Source of the DNA: Acidimicrobiales bacterium
GTDB taxonomy: Bacteria; Actinomycetota; Acidimicrobiia; Acidimicrobiales; Aldehydirespiratoraceae
DNA: 63,726 bases
Direction of reading: 5' to 3'
NCBI GenBank assembly: GCA_029263235.1
Contig: JAJCXW010000131.1
Span: 1-63,726 of the forward strand
Positions 40,008 to 48,339 of the stretch are shown one piece after another. The first letter of the stretch is position 1. Each line of letters starts with the position of its first letter. Position numbers and translations under genes: made by a program. The notes under the pieces are model-generated. The model was given only the letters and a program-made list of their open reading frames with translations, did not search any database and was not told the origin of the DNA.

Positions 40008-41615
40008 ATGCAGCAAGCCCCTCTGCGCACAGAGGCGGCCGGGGCGGGGGTGTTCCGACCGGAGCAGATGCTGCGAAAACAGGCAACCCTGAATGCGGCG
40101 GTCGCGGCAGTTGCCGCGACTGCCTCGCCCGCCTCCACGGAGGCCGAGACCACCGCCGCCATGGCGGAACCACCCGCGGCGGCGGCTGCCGCACCGGTCG
40201 CCACACCCGGCCCTGCAGTAGCGGCCGCCGCAGCGGCCGCCGCAGCGGCCGCCGAGGAGGCTTCCGCCGAGGAGGCTTCCGCAGCCGCTACGGCGGCCGC
40301 GGCGGCCGCGGCGGCGACCGACGCAGCAACCGCAGCCAAGGTCGACGCGGCACTGGAGTACGAGTGGATGACCCTGGCCAGTCTGATTCAGGCGCCGTCT
40401 GACCCGCTGGTGTTTCGGTGGGCCGATGCCGACCAGCGGGTTCAGCTGTCTGACCTGCGTGTCCTCCAGAATGACCAACTTCTCACCCGCACCAACCAGC
40501 TGATCATGCTGCGCGGGCATAACGCAACGCACGGACAGGCGGCAGGACAGCTCCTGACCGCGTACCGGGGCCGTCACCGAGCGGGTATGTTGGCAGAGTC
40601 AAGTGCACTGGTGCAAGGAAAGCCGCCCCAGGCGGCCATGCGCGACCGGCTTATGGCAGAGGCCGCGGCCGCCGAGGGCACAGAGCAGGAGGTAGACCGG
40701 CTGCTGTCAATCCACCGGGAAGGTCTCATCTCTGGGCTGAAGATGCGGCACATGGCAGAGCAGCAGCTGACGCGTGCAGTGGAGGACACGATGCTGACGG
40801 TTCGGCTGCTGACGAGTGTCGAGGACTACGCCAAGCAGACAGAGCAGGCATGGATAACAGGCCGAGACGCCGCCATCCGCGTGTACAACGCGAAATATAC
40901 GGCCTTGGCGAACAAAACAGAAAAACACCTCGAGAAGAAGTGGGCGGATAGACTGAAAACGGCACAGGGCGACATTCTCCGTCTGCAGGACACGGCCAAG
41001 AAAAAGGAGCAGGCAGTCCGTGCTGCATACCGAGCATACGAGCGCACGATTCTGTCCCTAAGCACCACCCTGCAAGCCAAGCAGCAAACCCTGGCGGCAC
41101 AGGCCACGGAGATTTCCACCCTGCGGGAGATCGAGGCCCTTCTGCGAGCCGAGCCGCGGACGGCGACGGCCAGCACTCAGACACCGGAGCAGCTGGCCGT
41201 AGCTGCGATCGTCCAGCCGGCGCGAGACGAGCAGGTGCGACAGGCAGCGGACGCCGCGACCCAAGTGAACCCGCCCGTGCCGCCGCCCTACTCTGTCGTG
41301 ATTGTCACCGGGGACGCCGAGGACGCCGAGGGCGCCAGCGAGGCAGACCTCGCGGCCAAGCGGCCGCCGCCGCCGCCGCCTGCCGGAGAAGACAGCGACA
41401 GTGAGTGGCGCCCGGTTGCCAGACGGCCCAGGAAGCGGGCTCGTCGCACCGTGAAGGTGACCACCCCGCGCCCAGAGGATTTTACGGCAGCAGAGCAGGC
41501 GGACACACCGGTGGCACCGGAAGAGCAGGCCGGACAGGAAGCCCGGCGGACAAAGAGAATGTGTCGGGCCATTAAGATGCTGTCCGGTGACATGGATGCC
41601 TACTGGGCGCTGTAG
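40008..41615 (+). CDS. Ala-rich / coiled-coil protein
   Basis: The ORF is trimmed to ATG 40008, 54 nt downstream of the CATATAACC box. It has an N-terminal poly-Ala/Glu tract, long heptad-like central region, and a basic C-terminal tail. Confidence 0.55.
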   Translation: MQQAPLRTEAAGAGVFRPEQMLRKQATLNAAVAAVAATASPASTEAETTAAMAEPPAAAAAAPVATPGPAVAAAAAAAAAAAEEASAEEASAAATAAAAAAAATDAATAAKVDAALEYEWMTLASLIQAPSDPLVFRWADADQRVQLSDLRVLQNDQLLTRTNQLIMLRGHNATHGQAAGQLLTAYRGRHRAGMLAESSALVQGKPPQAAMRDRLMAEAAAAEGTEQEVDRLLSIHREGLISGLKMRHMAEQQLTRAVEDTMLTVRLLTSVEDYAKQTEQAWITGRDAAIRVYNAKYTALANKTEKHLEKKWADRLKTAQGDILRLQDTAKKKEQAVRAAYRAYERTILSLSTTLQAKQQTLAAQATEISTLREIEALLRAEPRTATASTQTPEQLAVAAIVQPARDEQVRQAADAATQVNPPVPPPYSVVIVTGDAEDAEGASEADLAAKRPPPPPPAGEDSDSEWRPVARRPRKRARRTVKVTTPRPEDFTAAEQADTPVAPEEQAGQEARRTKRMCRAIKMLSGDMDAYWAL

Positions 41616-41637
41616 GCGGGCACACGGGGCGAGTAGA

Positions 41638-41651
41638 GTAAACTGATTTAC
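41638..41651. terminator. Bidirectional GTAAAC...TTTAC element at convergent junction 41615/41648
   Basis: GAGTAAACTGATTTACAC. The plus copy is 23 nt after the TAG, and the minus copy contains the TAA stop of gene 41648. Confidence 0.45.
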
Positions 41652-42466
41652 ACATCAGAGCAGTGCTGGCCCATATGGCCGCTAAAGGCACAAAAGGTGC
41701 CGTAGGAAAACGATCTGCCATCATACATGCACCGCATACAGGCGTACTCGCCGGCGTCAGCATGCTCTTCCATGCTGTGGTGCACAAGCCCGCCGGTGGT
41801 CGAAAATACCGCCTGCTCGTCGGGGCAGAGACTACACCTGAATACCCCCCGACACTGGTGACTACGCCAGGCGTCCTGGAGCGACACCTTTAGCGGAGGG
41901 ATGTCGGAGACTTCGCGCGTCGCCGGATGCGGGTCCAGCTGCTCCGGGCACCAGGGACAGTCGGGTGCCACGACACGAACGGGGGTGCGTTCGGTGCAAG
42001 CCGGTGCCGCCGGTGGCACCATAGGACCCCGCTTGGTAGGCCGGTGGGCTGCCCTCTTTGCCGCCTCCATCGCCTCCAATGCCATCATCGTTTTGGCCAT
42101 CGGGTACCGCATGTGCTGCCGCTGGTGGGCGCGCCAGGCATTGCGGCCCACCAACTATGCTGCACAACCGACCTCTTGGCACCTCCGCGGTCGGTGCAGC
42201 AGGCGGAGGTGTCGCGCTAGGTTCCGCGGCAGCCGGCTGACGTTACACCCCTCCTCGGGGCAAAATACACGACAGGAACCGGCACCGGCGCCGGCACCGG
42301 CTCCGGCTCGGCAGAGGGGACAGGGCGCCGAGGCGCGGGCCAGTATGCGGAGACAGCGCACGCAAAACTCGTGGCTGCAGGAAGGGAAGCTACGACGGCT
42401 CCCGGGCGCAGGAAGCTCCTCGAAACAGACGGGACACTCGTCTTGCTCCTCGTCTTGACAGGCCAT
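41648..42466 (-). pseudogene. RING + multi-C2H2 zinc-finger ORF interrupted by one in-frame TAG (42155-42157)
   Basis: ORFs 42155-42466 (RING CPVCFEE...CSHEFCVRCL...CPLC plus a C2H2 finger) and 41648-42154 (further C2H2-like fingers) share one frame. A single TAG separates them and falls inside CQEVGCAA*LVGRNAWRAHQRQH. This may be a nonsense allele, a sequencing error or readthrough. Confidence 0.55.
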
Positions 42467-42522
42467 CGCGAAACAGTACAGGAGCGGAAGGGCGGAATAG
42501 GGACAGACGAGCGTGTGCCCTC

Positions 42523-42562
42523 GGTTATATGCAGGCGCCGAGCACTGAGAGAATGTTCCATT
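42523..42562 (-). promoter_or_regulatory. Promoter-like module of the RING/zinc-finger gene
   Basis: On the minus strand: AATGGAACATTC (42551-42562), ~20 nt, then the GCATATAACC box (42523-42532), ~60 nt upstream of ATG 42466. Confidence 0.45.
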
Positions 42563-42573
42563 GTTAAGCGGAA

Positions 42574-42594
42574 AGAGGTTCTATAGAGTCCTCT
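42574..42594 (-). terminator. Nested palindrome downstream of gene 42603-43685
   Basis: AGAGG ttctatagagt CCTCT, with the inner 8-nt palindrome TCTATAGA, starts 9 nt after the stop. Confidence 0.3.
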
Positions 42595-42602
42595 AAGCAA
42601 TT

Positions 42603-43685
42603 TTACGCTGCCACCGGCGCAGCAACTGCCGTGTTTCCGGTGGCCAGCTCCGCATCCAGTCCCGCAAGAAGCGCATGCACGCGCTCTGCACATCGGCCCG
42701 AGTCGAGCTCGGCCAAGACATCGGCATGTAGCTCAATGCCCAGTGTGACTAGAAAGGAGCGCAGGTTCCCCCCATTCAGCCGCTGCAGCCAACCGGTAAG
42801 CTCTTTGCGGAGGCTGCTCTCCGATTCGTGCAGCTCTGTTTGTAGCATCGCCGCGATCGCCTTTGAGGGCAGCTTGCGCAGGATCAGCCCGAAGAAGGGT
42901 CCGGCTGCGGGGTCGATCTGTGCGGCCGGTCGCCCGACCAGCATTGCATCGACGCCAATCACCTGCGGGTGCCCACCATCCACCCGGGCGGGTCCAACGC
43001 AGAGCAGGTTGCTCAAGTTGCTGTCTGGCACGGCAAACATTGCCCGAAAGCACAGCTCAACAATGGTCCAGTAGAGGACCCAGTCGAGGTGATCTTTGTG
43101 CTCAGCCGCGGGTGGGACCCCCTTCAGCCATTGGCCAACCTTTGCGATACCGGCCCGCTCCCGGTCGACGATGCGCTGGCCGAGATGCTCCATCGTTGGC
43201 AGCATCTCACCGCGCTTCAGGATGCCCTTGGTGCAAAAGCCACTCGGGTAGGCCAGATCATCGGCCACCAGGCCCCACAAAGCTGCCTGGCCAGCTGCCT
43301 GGGCGCCCAGGCGGATCGCGCGAAAACCGCAAGTCGACGCATCAAAGAACACCCCACGCAGCTTGTCCAGATCCTGTTGCACGTAGCACTCGCCGCATGG
43401 GGCCAGCTTGGCCCAGCGATGCCGCAGCACTTCATTGCCGGGCTCGCGCACTGCGCCATGCAGCGAGAGGCCGCGGCTGCCCACTGGCACCTGGGCCAGA
43501 ACCATCTCGACCAGCACGCTGCCTGGAGGAGTGTCAAAAAGCAGCAGGCGCTCGCCATCGGTCCTCTGGCGCTCCACATGGCCTGCGACCCGCTCCAGCT
43601 GCGCCTGCTTCGCCGCGGCGATCCGCGCCCGCTTGGCCTCGGGCTCTTCTGGGCCGCCGCCCTCGCGCTTGCGCTTGCTGCTCAT
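42603..43685 (-). CDS. Hypothetical protein (360 aa) with NLS-like basic N-terminus
   Basis: ATG-initiated (MSSKRKREGGG...) with protein-like composition. Tandem GGAACATTCC palindromes lie upstream. Confidence 0.55.
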   Translation of the reverse strand: MSSKRKREGGGPEEPEAKRARIAAAKQAQLERVAGHVERQRTDGERLLLFDTPPGSVLVEMVLAQVPVGSRGLSLHGAVREPGNEVLRHRWAKLAPCGECYVQQDLDKLRGVFFDASTCGFRAIRLGAQAAGQAALWGLVADDLAYPSGFCTKGILKRGEMLPTMEHLGQRIVDRERAGIAKVGQWLKGVPPAAEHKDHLDWVLYWTIVELCFRAMFAVPDSNLSNLLCVGPARVDGGHPQVIGVDAMLVGRPAAQIDPAAGPFFGLILRKLPSKAIAAMLQTELHESESSLRKELTGWLQRLNGGNLRSFLVTLGIELHADVLAELDSGRCAERVHALLAGLDAELATGNTAVAAPVAA

Positions 43686-43740
43686 CTGGCCAACTGGACG
43701 GCCGCGGCGCTGGTGGTTCGAGGTGGCGGGCGGGCAGCCG

Positions 43741-43784
43741 AGTTAAGTAAACGATGGAACATTCCATCCGACGGAACATTCCAT
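43741..43784 (-). promoter_or_regulatory. Tandem GGAACATTCC palindromes plus ACTTAAC box upstream of gene 42603-43685
   Basis: (AT/AC)GGAACATTCCATC occurs twice with a 17-nt period (43756-43765 and 43773-43782). The two self-complementary copies could also pair as a 10-bp hairpin just downstream of the stop of gene 43801-44205. GTTTACTTAACTCGG is at 43741-43753 (minus strand). Confidence 0.45.
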
Positions 43785-43800
43785 CAGACAGATGTTCGAT

Positions 43801-44205
43801 TTACCGGCCCGTTCTATCCGGGGTCGGTGCATCCGGTCGCCGCGCCCGCGCCCGCTCACGCTCCCATTCGCATACCTGGCACCACGCCGCTCTGACCAGC
43901 GCATCGCCGTGTCGCGCGCGCAGCCAGCGCTTAAGCTCGAGCACCAAAAGGCACCGCTGCTCTCGCGTCTGCTCCGTGTCCGTGTCGATCACGCGCCCAA
44001 ACGAGCAGCCGCGATCTGCACGACAGAGGGCGTGGGCCGCCGCCAGCTCCAGCGTTTCGGCGGGCAGCGCCCGTCGCCAAAGCTCAACCGCCCGCTGGCT
44101 GCCCTTGGCCGGATAGGGCCGGGGTAGACGGTCAAAGAAGACGGCCTGTGCACCGACGAGCGTCGGCAGAGCGATCGGTTCAGTCGCAAACGGGCTTTCC
44201 GCCAT
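43801..44205 (-). CDS. Hypothetical protein
   Basis: The ORF opens at GTG 44223 and the first ATG is at 44205 (MAESPF...). A CTGATAAGCGCAGCGGG box lies upstream. Confidence 0.4.
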   Translation of the reverse strand: MAESPFATEPIALPTLVGAQAVFFDRLPRPYPAKGSQRAVELWRRALPAETLELAAAHALCRADRGCSFGRVIDTDTEQTREQRCLLVLELKRWLRARHGDALVRAAWCQVCEWERERARARRPDAPTPDRTGR

Positions 44206-44382
44206 CTGCCTGTATCTGTACACGGTGTGAGAACCAGCGGGGCGGGGTGGCGGACGGGAGGAGACGGTGCGGGCAACACCCGCGACCCGCTGCGCTTATC
44301 AGGCACCAGGCGGTGCCACCGAGCAGTACGGATCCACCCACCCGGTTGGGCCGTCGAGTGGAACGCACGGATGTTCTGTGGC

Positions 44383-44421
44383 GGAACATTCGGCGGTTCT
44401 ATCGATCGACCGACATAAAAG
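44383..44421 (+). promoter_or_regulatory. Promoter-like module of gene 44466-45653
   Basis: GGAACATTCG (44383-44392), gcgg, TTCTATCGATCGACCGA, CATAAAAG (44414-44421), 52 nt before the ATG. It lies in a divergent spacer. Confidence 0.5.
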
Positions 44422-44465
44422 CGGCGACCCTGTTCCCGGTGCTATCCTCCCCCCGTCTACCTGCG

Positions 44466-45653
44466 ATGGCCTGGATGCGCGGAGAGACCTACTGGGGGCG
44501 GCGGGGGCAGCGCGTGTCGTTCTGCCTTCCGGGCGGCGGAGAGCAGCGGCAGACTGCGCGCACGAATGGGCTGATCTACTCAGCGCTGCAAAAGGCCGCG
44601 CGGCGCGCAGACCGGCCGGCCCTGTGTGCATTTGTCCTCGAGCTGTGCATGGGAGGGAATACAGGCGCGGCAATCAAGCGCCTCGGCGTGGTGCTGGCAG
44701 AGGATTTTCACATCGAGGGCGCGCGGCGCCTGCCGGCATTTTGGCGTCTTCAGAAGCGGGCCGCCCGCAAGGATTGCTCAGCCGCCGAAAAAGAGCGCAT
44801 TGCGCTGAGCCTGTGCAGCCTCCTGCTTGATCTTCCGGCCTGGCGCGGCGCGGCCGAGCTGGCCTCGGTCGGCCTGGCACTCGCGCAGACTGCCCCGGTG
44901 CTCAGCGCGGCGGCGCGGCTGGCCGAGCTGGCCGCACAGGAGGCGGCGGCAGCAGCAGCTGTGTCGCCACATTCTGCTGCGCTGGAGCGGGTGCAGCAGC
45001 TGGCCGGAGCGGTGGAGCAGTGGGTGCTCTGCACTCCCACCCGGGCTGAGCAGCGCAAGGCTCCGGGGGGCGACTGGGCCCTGGAGCCGCAGCGCCTGGG
45101 CGCGTCGATCGTGCGGCTGCTGGCCGCAGAGCTGGGCCCGGCCCGGCTGACCGGGCGACCGCTGGTGGGGCAGCTGATCTGCGAGTTTTCCCGCCTGCAC
45201 TGCCTGGCCGCAACAACCGGCAGCACTCACCGGCTCTATCTCTATGGGGCCGTCTGGGCAGCGGTGGTGGCGCCCGGCACACCGGTGCAGCCCCTGGAGA
45301 TTCCCCTGCTCTCCGCCGAGCAGTGCGCCGATATGCGTCGGCTGTATGGCGCCGAGCCCGCGCCGGTGCCAGACTATGCGCTGGACAAGCACACCTCGGT
45401 GGGCCGCTCCCAGCTGCGTCGAGGACTTGAGCATTTTCTCACCGAGGGGGTGCATCTCCACCGGCCGCTCTACTGCCCGGAGAAGGCCGCGCTTGTCGGC
45501 GGCGAGGAGGCCGCGGCGGCCCTCGGTGTCCAGGCAGCATCCAAGGCGGCCTATCGGCGCTGGGCGGCGAGCGGGACCGCCTGTAAGTCTGGCGCACAGC
45601 GCGCCGCGTGGGCGGCGCAGCAGGCGGCGGCGGCGGCGGAGCATAACGAGTAA
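44466..45653 (+). CDS. Hypothetical protein (weak resemblance to MgsA/RarA C-terminal helical domain)
   Basis: Trimmed to ATG 44466, 52 nt downstream of CATAAAAG. LIYSALQKAARRADRPALCAFVLELCMGGNTGAAIKRLGVVLAEDF loosely recalls the ISAxxKSxRGSDxDAALYWLARMxxxGEDPxxIARRLxxxAxEDIG pattern. No ATPase motifs are present. Confidence 0.45.
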   Translation: MAWMRGETYWGRRGQRVSFCLPGGGEQRQTARTNGLIYSALQKAARRADRPALCAFVLELCMGGNTGAAIKRLGVVLAEDFHIEGARRLPAFWRLQKRAARKDCSAAEKERIALSLCSLLLDLPAWRGAAELASVGLALAQTAPVLSAAARLAELAAQEAAAAAAVSPHSAALERVQQLAGAVEQWVLCTPTRAEQRKAPGGDWALEPQRLGASIVRLLAAELGPARLTGRPLVGQLICEFSRLHCLAATTGSTHRLYLYGAVWAAVVAPGTPVQPLEIPLLSAEQCADMRRLYGAEPAPVPDYALDKHTSVGRSQLRRGLEHFLTEGVHLHRPLYCPEKAALVGGEEAAAALGVQAASKAAYRRWAASGTACKSGAQRAAWAAQQAAAAAEHNE

Positions 45654-45706
45654 AGTTCCTGAGATTGAGCAAAACTGTGATTTACGCCGCAAGTCGCCGC
45701 CGGCGG

Positions 45707-46369
45707 TCATTGTACGGACGCCGGTGGCGCGGCCACCCCGCCGGCCGTGTCTTCCGCGTCCTCTCCGTGCAGTAGAGCAAGGTGCCGGAGGCGCTGCCGC
45801 CGGTTGGTTGTACCGCGCGGGCCAGTCTGCCCCACGGCGCTGCCACCGTTGGGCGTGCTGGCACCGTGGGGCCAGCGTCCGCCCAGGTGTTCCTTGCACA
45901 TCCTCCTGTACTCTGGGCTTGGCGCGCGGCACCACTCGACGTACACCGCATTGGCCCGACTGATCGCTTCGTGCTCGCACTCGTCACAGCTATGCCTGTA
46001 GTCTGGGCACTTGAAGCCGGTGATCCAGCGTGCCCCGGTGGCTTCGATCCGGGTCCCGAGCGGATGGTAGTCTTTCTCGGTGGGCTGCCACAGACACGCC
46101 TGGTTCCACACCATCCAGGTGTACTCGCCGCCGCCGATCGCCGTGTCGTAGCACCGGCTTGAGAGTTCCTGGCCAAACTCCATCATGTGCCGTTTGCGCG
46201 ACTTGGCCGTCTGTGCACCCAGCGCCTCACCAAACCCCACGATCCAGCCCCAGCACCCTGTGCCGGTCTCGGCCTCCTCCCGCTGCGTCGCTACGGCAGG
46301 TTGCGCCTTTCGTGCCTTTCGCGCCTTCTGCGCTTTGTGCTTCTCCGCGGGTGCCGTCTCTGCTTGCAT
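45707..46369 (-). CDS. Hypothetical protein, basic N-terminus, Cys/Trp-rich core
   Basis: ATG-initiated 220-aa ORF with a GGCATAAAACGGC box ~55 nt upstream. Confidence 0.5.
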   Translation of the reverse strand: MQAETAPAEKHKAQKARKARKAQPAVATQREEAETGTGCWGWIVGFGEALGAQTAKSRKRHMMEFGQELSSRCYDTAIGGGEYTWMVWNQACLWQPTEKDYHPLGTRIEATGARWITGFKCPDYRHSCDECEHEAISRANAVYVEWCRAPSPEYRRMCKEHLGGRWPHGASTPNGGSAVGQTGPRGTTNRRQRLRHLALLHGEDAEDTAGGVAAPPASVQ

Positions 46370-46417
46370 CTCCTGCCGGTGACTGCAAATAACACCGACT
46401 GTGTGGTGCGGCTTGCC

Positions 46418-46427
46418 GTTTTATGCC
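46418..46427 (-). promoter_or_regulatory. Core box GGCATAAAAC for gene 45707-46369
   Basis: Minus-strand GGCATAAAACGGC lies ~55 nt upstream of ATG 46369. Confidence 0.4.
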
Positions 46428-46517
46428 GGAGGACAGTGTGCAACGCCCAGAGAGCCGGCTGCCTTCTATCGCCGGCTCGAAAAGAACACGTAAAGGAATC
46501 CGGATGGTGGTGACCAT

Positions 46518-46541
46518 GGAACATTGTCGGTTTCTATAAAG
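46518..46541 (+). promoter_or_regulatory. Promoter-like module of the ubiquitin-domain gene
   Basis: GGAACATTG (46518-46526), tcgg, TTTCTATAAAG (46531-46541), 51 nt before ATG 46585. The layout matches the 44383 module. Confidence 0.5.
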
Positions 46542-46584
46542 ACGCCTGCCCTGGGTCCGGTGGCCCACTCTGCAACACCCCGAG

Positions 46585-47655
46585 ATGGCGCCCAAAAAGG
46601 CTGCCACCCGCGCCGCCAAGACCACCCGGGCCGCCGCGAAACCGGCCAAGGTCACGACCAAGCTGGGCAAGTACACCAAGATCCCGACAGAGCGAATGGC
46701 GCTGGTTCAGCGGCTGAGTGACCTGGTGGACGGAGCCATGCTGCAGTCGTCAGAGGCAGCAGACCCTCGGATGGCCGTGTTTGACGCAGAGCTGAAGCGG
46801 CTGCTGCACAAGGGCGCCCGCTGGAAGTACGCATCAAAAAAGCAGCGGGTTACGGCCATGGCTGCACTGGCTGCCCGCGCGCCAGGCGCTGCCGCTGCCA
46901 CTGGTGTCCCCTTGGCCGTCCCCTTGGCCGTCCCCGTGGCCGTCCCCGTGGCCGTCCCCGTGAAGCCAGAACAGCGCGAGTGGGCGCCGCCGCCACCTGG
47001 CCAGATGGACGTGTTTGTGAAGACGCTGACCGGGAAGACCATCAGCATCCGCCTCCGGCCAAGCTGGACATTTGCACTGCTGAAGCGGGCCATTCAGAAA
47101 AAGGAGAGCATCCCGCCGGACCAGCAGCGGCTGATCTTTGCCGGAAAGCAGATGGAGGACGGCAAGACCCTGCTGAGCCAGAACATACAGCACGAGTCCA
47201 CCTTGCACCTGGTGCTGCATCTGCGTGGCGGCATGATGCACGTGACCAGCGGCCGGGACAATATGAAGGCCGCACAGCTGCCCGACTCGCAGCCGTACTG
47301 GGCCGAGCTGGAGGCACCCGAGCCCGATGGTGGCAGAATGGGCGTGCAGCTGTACCGCGGCAATCGGCTCTGTGAGCACCTGAGCGATATGCAGGGCTGC
47401 ACCGTCACCCGCCTGCTAGGCCTGATGCTCGACCTGGATTCGCGCCGCAAAGAAGAGGCAAAGCGGGGCGGCCTACGCTCTGCCGAGCACCCACAGCTGC
47501 AGTCGTGCATCCAGCTCTCTGACGCGCGCCGCGCCGGCGTGCGCCGGCTGCGCGTCTGCTACCAGCCGGCGCCCGCCCAGCCGCCAGGGGGCGGCAGCGG
47601 TGGTGACGCAGAGGACGTAGCAGGGGAGGAGTCTGCTGCCGCGGAGGAGCGGTGA
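46585..47655 (+). CDS. Ubiquitin-domain protein with Lys-rich N-terminal extension and C-terminal extension
   Basis: Residues 141-216 (nt 47005-47232), [76 protein letters not shown], are ~70% identical to ubiquitin as I recall it. A TTTCTATAAAG box lies 51 nt upstream of the ATG. Confidence 0.85.
   Translation: MAPKKAATRAAKTTRAAAKPAKVTTKLGKYTKIPTERMALVQRLSDLVDGAMLQSSEAADPRMAVFDAELKRLLHKGARWKYASKKQRVTAMAALAARAPGAAAATGVPLAVPLAVPVAVPVAVPVKPEQREWAPPPPGQMDVFVKTLTGKTISIRLRPSWTFALLKRAIQKKESIPPDQQRLIFAGKQMEDGKTLLSQNIQHESTLHLVLHLRGGMMHVTSGRDNMKAAQLPDSQPYWAELEAPEPDGGRMGVQLYRGNRLCEHLSDMQGCTVTRLLGLMLDLDSRRKEEAKRGGLRSAEHPQLQSCIQLSDARRAGVRRLRVCYQPAPAQPPGGGSGGDAEDVAGEESAAAEER
46906..46962 (+). repeat. 12-nt tandem repeat x4.7 (VPLA/VPVA) in the ubiquitin-domain gene
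   Basis: gtccccttggcc x2, gtccccgtggcc x2, then a partial unit. Confidence 0.85.
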
Positions 47656-47780
47656 GCGTCGCGCCGCGTGTAAAGCATTCTTATTCCCTAGCCACACCCT
47701 CTGTTTGTGCGGTCTGTGGTCTCGGCGGACGGATGCCGCTGGCGCGGAACCCGCATGCGAACAACTGGCGCTAGCAGCGG

Positions 47781-47788
47781 TATAAAGT
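47781..47788 (+). promoter_or_regulatory. TATAAAG core box for gene 47834-48235
   Basis: GCGGTATAAAGTTGC is 53 nt upstream of the ATG, preceded by CGGATGCC...GCGGAACCC...GCGAACAACTGG. Confidence 0.4.
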
Positions 47789-47833
47789 TGCACTCTACCC
47801 AGCCATCGATAACCAGCCAACCACCCACGTGCA

Positions 47834-48235
47834 ATGGCAGCCACCCCCACGCCCACTCCTCCCTACCTACCAGCCTTTGACACGGATGCCCTCTTTCTGG
47901 CGCTGGGGCACGAAACTGCGATGAGGTCCATCCTGGATGGTCCACTTTTTGTCAGAGCAACCCACGAGTACGAGAAGAACGACGTGCGAAAGCACAAGAT
48001 CGCCTATATCCGGTCTCTTCTCGCCGGCCCGATAGGGCCACAGACTACCCTCACCATGCTCCTGTTTTTTTTCCACGCCGACCGGAAGGTCTTAGATGCC
48101 ATTGACGAAAAGGAGTGGACAGCAATCGGGGTGACTCCCCAGCTGCGGGAGCAGTGTCAGAATAGCAGCTGGATAATTAGGAAACGCTACTGGCGGCAGT
48201 GCTACGAGGCAGCAGCGCTGGCTGTCTGCAAATAA
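47834..48235 (+). CDS. Hypothetical protein (GC-poor gene)
   Basis: ATG-initiated 133-aa ORF with a GGTATAAAGTTG box 53 nt upstream. Sampled GC is ~50%, well below the window average. Confidence 0.45.
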   Translation: MAATPTPTPPYLPAFDTDALFLALGHETAMRSILDGPLFVRATHEYEKNDVRKHKIAYIRSLLAGPIGPQTTLTMLLFFFHADRKVLDAIDEKEWTAIGVTPQLREQCQNSSWIIRKRYWRQCYEAAALAVCK

Positions 48236-48339
48236 TCGCAGGATGGTTGAATGTGAACAGAAATAAAAACACTCAGCCATCCCCGGACAACCCTGGCGCC
48301 CTATAACTCACCGCACCACCCCACCTCACCGCGTCAGCA

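Noticed and set aside
42100-42230. A spliceosomal intron as the explanation for the in-frame TAG at 42155-42157.
   Set aside because: The only GT..AG pairs spanning or abutting the stop are 13-28 nt long and not a multiple of three. The stop also lies inside an otherwise contiguous C2H2 finger, so splicing would destroy the motif.
43756-43782. The tandem GGAACATTCC copies, and other short repeated motifs, as a CRISPR-like or MITE element.
   Set aside because: There are only two 10-nt copies with a 7-nt spacer, no terminal inverted repeat/target-site-duplication structure, and no array. The same motif occurs singly in other promoters, so a regulatory or hairpin role fits better.
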